The notes beneath the pieces are model-generated. The model ran no database searches. It was not told the DNA's origin and saw only the letters and a list, made by a program, of their open reading frames with translations. The position numbers and the translations under genes were made by a program. 64,000 nucleotides of DNA, taken from the human T2T-CHM13v2.0 reference genome, Homo sapiens. The stretch lies in NCBI RefSeq assembly GCF_009914755.1, contig NC_060947.1; one strand, given 5' to 3'. Below are positions 33,880 to 47,255 of this stretch, piece after piece. Each line of letters opens with the position of its first letter. Within the stretch, counting starts at the first letter, position 1.

Positions 33880-34183
<304 letters not shown>

Positions 34184-34808
34184 AGTTTGTTTTTTTTTTT
34201 TTTTTTTGAAAACTACTGCTCTAATTCCAAAGAAATTAGATATCATAACCTCCCCAGGCTAAGAACAATGACCTTGCTTCAAGGGGCTGGATCCACCAGA
34301 TATTTCCTTTTTTAAAAAATTATTTTCCTCAAGAGACAGGCTCTCACTATGTTGCTCAAGCTGGACTTGAACTCCTGGCCTCAAGTGATCCTCCCATCTT
34401 AGCATGTGCCACTGCATCCAGCTATACTAGATACTTTCTAGTTCCATGTTCCTCAAATTGGGATCCTATGATGTGGCTTGGGAGTCCTAGGGAATGCCAT
34501 GGAATATTAAAATGACACATTTTCCTGAGCAGCAATTTTACCCCAAAATTTGAGAGTAAATAATAATTTTCTATTCAAACAAAGAATGAAGCAGAATAAA
34601 AAGTTCTCATATATTTAGACAGTAAAAGACAAGCTTTAACAGAAATTAAGTACTTGCAAGAAGCCACTTTAAACTACTCCTTGACTCGCCAGAGGGTATA
34701 TACTTTCCCTTACCATTAGAAGAAGTAGAATTATTTGAGAAGCACTATGTCCAGGTAAACTTCTGAACTGTGAGGGGAACAGAGGAGATTAGAAATAAAG
34801 AGGTGTCA

Positions 34809-35084
34809 GGCTAAGTGCAGTGGCTCACACCTATAATCCACGCACTTTGGGAGGCCAAGGCAGGAGGATCACTTGAGCCCAGGAGTTCGAGATCAGTGTG
34901 GGCAACATAGCAAGACCCTGTCTCTACAAAAATAAAAAATTAATCAGCTGTAGTGGCATGTTCCTGTGGTCCCAGCTACTCAGGAGACTGAGGTGTGAGC
35001 ATGGCTCAAGCCCAGGAGTTCAAGGATGCTGTGAGCTATGATGATACCACTGCACTCCAGCCTCGGTGAAAGAGACCTCATTGC

Positions 35085-35118
<34 letters not shown>

Positions 35119-35130
35119 AAAATAAAAAAT
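34809..35130 (+). mobile_element. AluJ with (TAAA)n tail
   Basis: Diverged dimer. Confidence 0.85.
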
Positions 35131-36962
35131 ACATTTAAAAAAATTTTTAAAGAAAATATGTTTTAGTTGGAGGCCTTAAGAGAATGTAGGCAGAACTACT
35201 TCCCCAAAGAAGCCTGGGCCAGCGGAAAGAACAGCAAAACCCTGAAATTGCAGTGAAGCATTTATTTCATTCAATACATACTTACTGAGTACCTACTCCA
35301 TATTCAGTACTAAAATGTAAAAAGTATAACATGAAAGGTTTTTTTTTTCTTTTTTTGGTCAACCTACTCACCAAACATGGTTTTTTAAACATGAAAATGT
35401 TTTTAACAGTTACCACAATTATAGTTATCTAACCAACTAAAAACAGTGCTGGTAGCAATTAGGGACAGTGGAGCTGGCAAATATATGAACATCTTAAGTG
35501 TCCCTACTGATTGATAAGTCTGTGAACTCATTGGCTATAATAAGTCTGCATCTAGGAAGCATAATTTTTACTGGCAGCATTTTCCATAGTGGCTCTCATT
35601 TATAGTGGGTTCATAATTATTTATTGACTTCTTAGGAAGGAAAGTACCAGAGTCATGGATGAGGGGATGATTGATCTCCACAACTGATCTATGTAGCTCT
35701 TCCACAGTCGCAAATAATAAAGATGAAGAGCTCTGGATTGAAAAAAAGAAAGAAACCCCAGCTCTTGTACTAGCTCTGCCACTAAATCACTGTGTCACTT
35801 TCCCTCCCTAGGCCTCAGTTTCCTCATCAGTAAAATGAGGACTTTGGTGGATGAGATCTCTCAAATATTCCTTCTAGCTCTGATATTCTATGAGTCTATA
35901 AAACCCACATTCATAGCCAAGCCACTCAGTGCATGTACATATCTGAAACAGTTAACAACCACCACCACTGTGTAAGCGAATACGCAGTCAGGGAAAACCC
36001 CGTTAAACAAATGGACTTTACTCCATATTCTCATTGTCAACAGAGAGGAGAAAGAGTTCAAATTCCAAGAAACAGCACCACTTCACCCTCCTCCCACCCC
36101 ATTCCAACACAAGATTATTCTTTAGCACTTCAAAAGTCATATCAGAGATTGTCACAAGTCCAGATCCAATCTACCAAACCCCACTTGGCATGTTGGCAGA
36201 CGTGGGAAAGCATTGAACGGAATGTGGTCAATTACTATTAAAGATTTAGATATGATCTGGATTTAAATCTACCATGGTCTAAACAAAAAGTTAAGAGAAC
36301 ACAGGCCCACATAGGAAGGTGAGAAAGTCCACATGGGAAAAGAAGTGGATGCCTGCTCAGTCCTTGGCTCCGCTTCAGTTTTCTCTGAGAGCAACAGCAT
36401 TTCTTTCTAGATGCTGTCTGGCCACACACCCACCTGACCTCATTTCAGGGGTTTAAAGCATTTAGCTTTCAGGTTGGGTTTTTAAAATACTATCAAATAA
36501 TGAGGGGTCATAGCTAGAGGGCCCTCAGAGAGGAACTAGGCCAGGGCTCCAACTGGTAGCAAGTGGATTGTATTCAGCACGTTTTGTGAGATCAGCATAG
36601 ATTTAAAGAAATGGTGGATTTAAAAAATATATTTGATAACAGCACAAGCCCTCCTGTTCTTCCAGGTAGTCACCACTCCTGGACTTCCACTGAATAGCCT
36701 GGGGCCAAAACACTCTTGAGTTTGAGCTAAGACAGAGACCAGACTTTCCCATGACACCACTGCTGCCCTCTAGTCTCCCTCCCCTTGCAGCCACCAGCCG
36801 CTATCCAAAATCAGCTCAAGCCTTCTCTGAGAAGACTCTTAATTTGGGCCTGACAGTACTTCCCCCTGCACTTCCTTCTATACTTTGGCATTGCAACAAA
36901 TGTGGGAAAGCACTTTCAAGTGGGCCTATGTACTAACCCATGGGTCTTTCTCTCCATTGCAG

Positions 36963-37177
36963 ACAGGGGACCAGTGCAAGCCACGCTGGGGTCAGCAAGG
37001 TGTTTCGGTGCTGCCAACAGCCAGAGCTGAAGGTTCGGACAGTCATGCAAACACAGGAGCCTCTGTGTATTTGCAGTTCACTAGAAGGCAGGTCCATCCA
37101 AGGAGTTTTAGTTACCAAGATATTGAAAAAGACAAAAATACAAAAAGACCTGGTGACAGAAGGCTGCCGCCTGGAAA
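36963..37177 (+). other. Candidate internal exon (215 nt), probably non-coding
   Basis: TACTAAC branch point 36931-36937, tctttctctccattgcAG acceptor 36961-36962, AAA|gtaagc donor 37178. Confidence 0.4.
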
Positions 37178-37449
37178 GTAAGCAACGTAGTGAGTCACTA
37201 AGGTACTTTATTTGGGTTTCTGTAAGAATGTCTGCCATGTGTCCCAGATTGTCCTGGACATTCCCACATTTCAATACTATGTCCTACTGTCAGATCACGT
37301 GTCCCAATTTGTTGTTTCAAAAATGTAAGTACTAGGCCGAGACATATATTAGTTCTCCACGAGGAGAACAAGACAGTCCTGACAATATTTATTTGGTGAG
37401 GAGATGAACAAAAGTATCTCAGGTTTTTTTCTTTTTCTTCCCCTCAAAT

Positions 37450-37758
37450 TTATTTTTTTTAATAAATAGAGACAGGGTCTCACTCTGTTGCCCAGACTCG
37501 AGTGCAGTAGCATGAACACAGCTCACTTCAGCCTCAATCTCCTGGGCTCAAGCGATCCGCTCACCTCAGCCTCCCGAGTAGTTGGAACTGTAGGCACACA
37601 GCATCATGCCTAGCTAATTTTTTTTTTGGTGGAGCGGGGAGGAGACAGGGGTCTCATCATCTTGCCTGGGCTGGTTTCAAACTCCTAAACTCAAGTGATC
37701 CTCCTGCCTTGGCCTTTCAAAGTGCTGGGAATACAGACACAAGCCACTGCAATGGGCC
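37450..37758 (-). mobile_element. AluJ
   Basis: Diverged antisense dimer. Confidence 0.85.
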
Positions 37759-37894
37759 TCAAACTTCATTTCTTACCTCTAACACAGGCTGGCTTTTATT
37801 CCCACTCTCATCTCAAACTAAGACACTAGAATTTGTACGTGGCAGTGATGGAAGCTGGCATAGAAAAGATAAAAATTATAAAATATTATTTAAA

Positions 37895-38487
37895 TCAAAT
37901 GATGCAAATTGGAGGCCTACAGGCATTGTCTATGTGGTGCACATGGTTTATTGTATCTTTTTTGTAAAAAGTACTAACATTTAAAAAGTGGGAGATTTCA
38001 CATGAAAATCTATATTTCCATCTTTTCTTGAAAAATCAGAAAGTCAGGCAATACTGAGCCCATATTTTCCTGTGGCAATGATTGGCCAGAGCTGAAAAGA
38101 AGCTGCCCCATTAGACCAGACGTGTATTCTCTGTGCATGTGGTGAGGTAGCCACATTCCTTGCCATTCCCTACTGCCTCCTTGACACTGCAGTTGGGTAT
38201 CAGGAGCCCTTTATCATTGCATTTTGAACTGTTCTTTTCCTTCCAGTAAAGAAGGTGAAATATTTCTCCTATCCATGCCTAACAAAAATAAGAAAACAAA
38301 AGATAAATATGGACTCTGTATTTCAAGAAAAAAATGGGGAGAAGAGCATTTTTTACAGAAGTGAAGAATATTACTATATATTCAACATGCAAAACAAATG
38401 TGTCTTTCATGAAAATACAATCTGGCTGGCGTCACTCATTTAAATCACCTATCTGCCCTGACAGGCATCTGAGTTGCCACTTCTGCT
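37895..38487. mobile_element. hAT-Charlie DNA transposon relic (MER102/Charlie4-like)
   Basis: gggagatttcacatgaaaatctatatttccatcttttcttgaaaaatcagaaagtcaggcaatactgagccc; ends gacaggcatctgagttgccacttctg. Confidence 0.55.
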
Positions 38488-38621
38488 TTAAATGAACAAA
38501 TATTAGTCCTAGTGCCCTTTGCAGCTAAGAGGACAGTGCCTACTTAGATTCCAGAATTTTCTTCTGTTCTATTATTTAAACAGATGCTGACTCAGGAAAG
38601 TAGGCAATAAAACTCTTTCCT

Positions 38622-38995
38622 TAGCTGGGCAGGGTAGTGCCCACCTATAGTCTCAGCTACTCAGGAAGCTGAGACAGGAGGAACCCTTGAGCCCAGGAGT
38701 TCGAGGCTTCAGTGAGCTATGATCGTTCTACTGCACTCCAGCCTGAGCACTCGAGTGAGACCCTGTCTCTTACAAGAAAAGGAAGGAAGGAGGGAAATCG
38801 GAAAGGAAAGGAAAGGGAAGGGAAGGAAAGGGAAGGGAAGGGAAGGGAAGGGAAGGGAAGGGAAGGGAAGGGAAGGGAAGGGGAGAGAGAAAGAGAAAGG
38901 AGGGAGGGATGGAGGGAGGGAGGAAGGAAGGGAGGGAAGGAGGGAGGGAGGGGGGGGAGGGAAGGAGGAAGGGAAAGAAAGAAAAAAGGAAAGAC
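38622..38995 (+). repeat. Alu right monomer followed by a ~220-bp purine tract containing (AAGGG)11
   Basis: Monomer 38622-38770; (AAGGG)11 at 38828-38882; then (GGGA/GGAA)n. Confidence 0.9.
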
Positions 38996-39125
38996 CTCTT
39001 TCCTTTTAATTTTTTTATTTGTTTACCTTTCCTATGGTGCTGATCCTTTTTATTTAAAATGCCCCAGTTGTGTAGGCATATCTAATCCATTTTAGGATTA
39101 TCTAATGTATCTAATGCCACAAGGA

Positions 39126-39127
<2 letters not shown>

Positions 39128-39162
<35 letters not shown>
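39128..39162 (+). repeat. (CA)n microsatellite
   Basis: Direct reading. Confidence 0.95.
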
Positions 39163-39166
<4 letters not shown>

Positions 39167-39477
39167 CTAGTTGATTTTATCTGTATAATAAACTCTCACT
39201 CTGAGAGTGGAATTTAAATGATGCTATGCTGCTCTTTGGTATCTTCCACAATAAGAGGGCACGAAATACTGACAAGGACTGATATACTCCTATACGCTTA
39301 ATATTTTGCCCAGAACTCTTTTATAGTATATATCATTTTTCTATTACGTATTAGACAGTTTGTAACTCTCCCGTTCAACCTCAAGTTGGCTGAAAATATT
39401 ATTTGTGTCTAGTTCATCTTGATGTTCTCATGGCACGTAGTACAGAGACTTGCCCTGCGCAGGTACTCAAACTATAT

Positions 39478-39550
39478 TGGATGGATGGATGGATGGATGG
39501 ATGGATGGATGGATGGATGGATGGAGAATGGATCAATGGATGGATGGATG
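39478..39550 (+). repeat. (TGGA)n microsatellite at an L2 3' end
   Basis: About 11 perfect TGGA units after ...gcaggtactcaa. Confidence 0.9.
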
Positions 39551-40074
39551 AGAGAATGAATGACTCTCTCTCATCATCCATCACTGCTTAACCATTTTGT
39601 TCTCTTGCTTCATCATTTCTCCTTTGAGGGCCTGTAGGTGGAGTTAAAAATCTGGCTACAAAAGCAAGTGAAGGTAGTAAAGAAAAAATGAGTTTTTCAC
39701 ACTTAGATGAGGCATAAATACAGTTCCTTAGTTCAACACAGATATAGATATATAAGACCATTCAGTCAGTCATGATCAAAGTCACCTGCTACTCTGAGAT
39801 CTACCTCACCCCAGCAGGCTGTTTCACCAGTAATTTGTCTCTTAGTTCAGCCTCATAATCATCTCCTGTGAACACTAGTTCTAAAAGGCACTGCCTAAAA
39901 TACTGGGCTCTGTTTCCACCCAACTCTGGCCCAACAACTTACAATACAATTGAGGATATAAATTTTGGAGAGAACATAGTTTGTTGGTATCCAAATTCTG
40001 TCCTTTGATTACTTTTAGAGTAGACCATGTTTCAATGCACTATAAAGTTTGCTAACACTAATTATGCTTTTCAA

Positions 40075-40378
40075 TTTTTTATTTATTTTTATTTTTTGAG
40101 ACAGGGTCTCACTCTGCTGCCCCAACTGGAGTGCAGTGGCGCGATCACAGCTCACTGCAGCCTCAACCTCCTGAGCTGAAGCCATCCTCCACCTCAGCCT
40201 CCCAAGTAGATGGGACCACAGATGCATTCCACCACTCCTGGCTATTCTTTTATTTTTTTGTAGAGACAGGGTCTCACTATGTTGCTCAGGCTGGTCATAA
40301 ACTCCTGGGTTCAAGAAATACTCCTGCCTCCGCCTCACAAAGTGTTGGGATTACAGATATGAGCCACCCTTCCCAGTC
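40075..40378 (-). mobile_element. AluJ
   Basis: gcgatcacagctcactgcagcctcaacctcc. Confidence 0.88.
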
Positions 40379-40627
40379 ATGCTTATTTTTTAAAGATTAC
40401 CTCTTCTACAGTCATTTTTATTAGTAGTTAGTTCTGCCAGGTATGGATAAAACCATAAGTGGTTACTAAGACTATACCTGGTTTTTATATCTTATTCCTT
40501 TCCATCCATTCAAATGGTCCTTGTTCCTATCCACCGAAACATTTACCCTAGATTTATCCTAGACCATAGACCATTATAGCCAGAAACGATTTTAGAGATT
40601 GCCTAGTCCAACTCCCTCATTTTACAA

Positions 40628-41120
40628 TGTGTTAGTTCCTTATTGATGCTCTAACAAATTACCACAAACTTAGTGACTTAACACAAATTTACTTTCTTAT
40701 AGTTCATAAGGCTAGAAGTCCAAAAGCAGTCACACTGGGCTAAAGTCCAAGTGTTGGCAGTGCTGGTTCCTTCTGGAGGCTCTAGGAGAGAACCCTTCTC
40801 CTTGACTTTTTCAGCTTCTAGTGATTACCTGTATTCCTTGGCTGGTGGCTCCTTTCTCTATTTTCAAAGCACATCACTCCACCCTCTACTTCCATCATCA
40901 CACTGCTTCCTCCTCCTCCTCTGAATCCTCTTGCCTCTTTTTGTAATGACCATTGTGATTATACTGGCCTCACCCAGATAATCTAGGCTGATCCCACCAT
41001 ATCGAGATGCTTAATTTAATCACATCTACAATGTCCCTTTTACTGTATAAGGTAACAGTCACATCTTCCAACGATTAGGACATGGACATATTGGAAAGGG
41101 GCATTATTCAGCCTACCACA
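40628..41120 (-). mobile_element. MLT1 (MLT1C/D-like) MaLR solo LTR inserted in a MIR
   Basis: tgtgttagttcc...taacaaattaccacaaacttagtgactt...ggggcattattcagcctaccaca; MIR halves on both sides. Confidence 0.85.
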
Positions 41121-44011
41121 ATAAATGAAAAGTTTGGGGTCCAGAAAGGGGTAGTGACCTGGCCCAGGTCAAGTACTCAGTTAGTGGCAGGCAGAGCCTA
41201 CACTCTAGGTCTCCTGATTTTCCAACCACCATTCACGACACAGCAAATCTTTACAGGGTTAAGCACTTTGTGTCTTCCAAGGTAACAATCAGCTAATCTG
41301 ATAAACCATCTTGAAATGGCTAGAAAATGATAATCAGGATCCACCTCCCTTTTCCAGCGAATATCTTTTTATTCTAGCATGGCCTTCCAGAGTTACTTTA
41401 CGGTGAGAATGTCAGAGCAGATCAAGAAGTGGGGGTCACTGGGAGTGACCAGAGGAGAGGTGGGCCAGACTAGACTTCTCAGGATGATCAAAAGTGTTGG
41501 AGGCTGAGCTGATTAGCAGTAATGTATAACCTTGTTGAGAATTCTGAAAATTACTTTATACAAGTAGAATATAGAATGTATTACCATCAATATATGAACA
41601 AATTCATGAATAGTATATACTCTCTCCTATTGGCATCCATTAAAGATCAGAGAAAATAGACATTTTTCAGCAGGTAACAAAAATAAACACATAAGGGAAA
41701 TTATAAAGTATATTCATGAACAATGAATCAAATTAGTATAATTAAGCTCTTATCAAAGCAGATGCATTTTTTCTTAATGGTATTAATGAGAGATTTTTTA
41801 AAGGATCTTTTGAAATAGAGTAGTATGATGAGCACCATATTCCTAAATAATTTCCTTCACACTTAAGCCGAATCTATAAATTTCATATTCATGACAAGTT
41901 GAATTCACCACCTCCTAGCCTGACTGTGAATGAGTGGTTGTGACTTTTCAGAGAGCATAGTAGGAATACTGAAAACTTCACTTTTCATTTATTCTGACAC
42001 TACATAGAAAGCACAAATTCTACTTACAATAAAGAACCATGACAAAGTAGCACTCCATCTTTTGGTTACAGTCAAATTCACACTAAATATAAAATTATTG
42101 ATTGCTGCCCAGACATAAGCTACAAAGCATGACTCTAAAGATCAATGAATTTAAATGGCACCAAAACTGTAGTGAACATCTAGTCAGACAATAAATTTAG
42201 TATAGTGTATCCCTAACGGGGAATTATCATTAGACTCAATACTTCATCTACGTGGGCAAACATGTCTGTACAGAAACAGTACATTCCTCTCTACAGGCAA
42301 GCCATAGAAATCCAGTTTATGTATTCTATTACTAACAAAGAATTCACAATGAAAACAAAAAATAGTCTTTTGAAGAAAATGATGGGACCTCCAAGCAAAA
42401 CAAAGTCAAACAAATTCGATATCTTCACACATAAGTCTGACTCACAACCATTAGATTCTTATTGTTTCTTCTCCAGGTTAATCAGCTAACATTTAACCCA
42501 GTCATTGGAGACACAAGCCCTCCCTCGAGGATGCCAGGTCCTATCCTTGTTCAAACACAAGGCATCTTCTCTTCAGTCACCTAAGCCTGATCTACCAAGG
42601 TCCCTGGAGCTGTCAGCCCTTCTTTAACAAGCCTCCTTTCTCTTGCTGTGTGGGGAAAGTTTCCATCCTCTCTAAGTCTCAATTTCCTCATCTGAAAAAT
42701 GGGGATAAGAAAACAATAAATATCTCATAGATTTATCACGAGAATGAAAGATGTAATTTTAATATAGAGAACCTGGCTGGGTGCTTGCCACACAGTACGT
42801 GATTATTAAAAGATAACTAAAAATGATAACAGCAATGACAATTATGAGTTTTCTCCACTTAATTTATATCCACCTGGACAGATGAGATCCTCACACTTGC
42901 TGTGTTTCCATCAACTTAGGTACAATAATTCCAATTTTTTCTGCAAGGTCTTTTACTTGGCCAGCCCTATCCCCCACCCCCGACCCCATATCTGGCCTGA
43001 ACATAAATTCTGGTCAACTGCCAATCTTTACAAATGATGAAATTAATATATCTAAAGCCCACAGTTAGACTGACACAAAATCATGGAATTCTAGAGCTGG
43101 AAAGTACCTGAAATATCAATATCACCTAGTCCAAGGTTTCCCAACTTAGATTGTATTGTGGTCCAGGTTAATATTGAAATTCTTTACCTTGGACAGCAGG
43201 AATAAGATAGGGAAGGTGAGGAAGGGCAAGGCAAGAGCCAGGAGTTGATTTAAAATGTTGACTTGCTCTATTATGGACTGGCTGTTTGGAAAGATCAATG
43301 AAACCCAAACCTCTTCTTATTACAAAGGGAAAATCTAGGAGCCATGCAGGTTAAGAAATTGGCTCCAAATTATACAAAACATTAGTGGCATAGGTTGAAT
43401 TAGCATCCAAATTTCCTGGTTCCCAATCCAGTGCTCCTTCTTCTATACCATGCTGCTTCTGGGCACATCTTTATATTTGAATAGACTCTATTGAGCTTGA
43501 GGCTGTAAAAAATTATTAACATGTCTGGCCTAACAATTTGAGATGTGTATACACACCATTAAGGGTCTTTTAAGCAGCCAGGCCCTCCCCAAAAGGATAC
43601 ATTCTCAACTGTTTGCCTTGTCTGCACCAGGGCTCCAGCTCTTTTCACCTCTAAACTATACTGGCTGCTGGCTCTGCTACTCATCATATTCTGTATCCAC
43701 CTAGCCCTTTACAGCTACATAATGTTATTTTCCTCCTGGTAATAATCTGTGGTATCTGGCCCTCGGTAACTATTCAGTGTGGAATTGCAGACTAATGGAT
43801 CAAATGAGTAACTACAACTTTGCCTCTCTGTATTGACAATGGAGCCTCATGCATCCTTGGATAGCAACCAATTTAGATTGACCCAATTCTCAGGACCTTC
43901 CTACACAACAGCAACTATAGGGGTTGGGAAGTTGAGACTTAGGGAGCTCATTGCTTAGGAAAGGCAAGACTAGTTCACAAGCTGATGACTGATGATGAGT
44001 AATACAGCTCT

Positions 44012-44345
44012 TAAAAAGGATGAGTTCATGTCCTTTGCAGGGACATGGATGAAGCTGGAAACCATCATTCTCAGCAAACTATCACAAGAACAGAAAACCA
44101 AACACTGCATGTTCTCACTCATAAGTGGGAGTTGAACAAGAACACATGGACACATGGAGGGGAACATCACACAACGGGGCCTGTTGGGGGGTAAGGGGCT
44201 AGGGGAGGGATAGCATTAGGAGAAATACCTAATGTAGGTGACAGGTTGATGGGTGCAGCAAACCACCATGGCACATGTATACCTATGTAACAAAACTGCA
44301 CATTCTGCACATGTACCCCAGAACTTAAAGTATAATAATAATAAT
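44012..44345 (+). mobile_element. L1PA (about PA6-PA8) 3' end, followed by a FLAM with (GA)n tail (44365-44487)
   Basis: aaaaaggatgagttcatgtcctttgcagggacatggatgaagctggaaacc...gtaccccagaacttaaagtataat. Confidence 0.9.
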
Positions 44346-44364
44346 TTTTAAAAGACTGATTTTA

Positions 44365-44499
<135 letters not shown>

Positions 44500-44647
44500 C
44501 TAACGATCTGGTCATGTTTTACTAGAGTTTTTTATAGGTTTAACTTCTGCCTGATTTCTTCTTCATTTTACCTTTCTTCACTGGACAACCTTAGCAGAGT
44601 GCCTGGCAAATAGCCGGCAAGCACTCCGCAAAGGTGTAATTAACTCA

Positions 44648-45283
<636 letters not shown>

Positions 45284-45430
45284 CTAAGTGGAGAGCTTTG
45301 ACAGCTACCAGACTTGGGTTCAATTCTTGGCTCTACCACTTACTTCCCAGCTGTGTGACCTTAAGTTATTTCACTTTTTTGTGCCTAAGATTCCTTATCT
45401 ATAAAATAAGAATAACAACAATACCTACCA

Positions 45431-46520
<1,090 letters not shown>

Positions 46521-46534
46521 TTTGACACCAGATA

Positions 46535-46857
46535 CAGCTCAATCTTGGCCTCCTCTCCATCTCCACTGAATCTCAGCATGCCTCACAGCTGAGTACATAT
46601 GGGTTCGACTTAAAAGGCAGAACAAGACACACACAAAAAATAGACTACCTCACAGAGTTGTTGTGAGGATTAAATAAAATAACCTGTGATATACAGATTA
46701 GTGATTAATAAAGAACAGCTATTACTATTAGTTGCACGACTGCTTCTTCCATGGTTCCTGAATCATGCCCAGTGTCTTCTGTCAGAACCCCAACCAGGTT
46801 GGCTATGACCCTCAGTCCCCATCTAACCCTAACCACTGCTTTTCTTCTTGGACTAGA

Positions 46858-46918
<61 letters not shown>

Positions 46919-47255
46919 AGCTACTAGCTGAATTCCTGCTGAAATTAGATGGTCATCCATACCCAGCCATCTACCCCAAAGCATGATATTGCCATGTGCC
47001 TCAGTCATAGCTCCACCTGTGCTACTAGGCCCAAACCATCAGATGAGACCCTCTGGACATAAATACTTGCCAATTCCAGGTGAAATTTGCCCCATCTCCT
47101 CAGATGCTGGGATGTGGATAGCAGGCAACTATCCTTGGATGAGAGCCTTAACTGCTGATTCAGCTCAATCTTGGCCTCCTCCCCATCTCCACTGAATCTC
47201 AGCATGCCTCACAGCTGAGTACATATGGGTTTGACTTAAAAGACAGAACAAGACA
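46535..47255 (+). repeat. 95-bp direct repeat pair (46535-46629 and 47161-47255)
   Basis: 92/95 identical by manual alignment; (CT)n tract at 46862-46915 lies between the copies. Confidence 0.95.

Noticed and set aside
36758-36778. CTCF-like GACTAGAGGGCAGCAG on the minus strand
   Set aside because: Lacks the conserved CC at the start of the core
38712-39095. 127-aa KGREG-repeat ORF
   Set aside because: Translation of the purine tract
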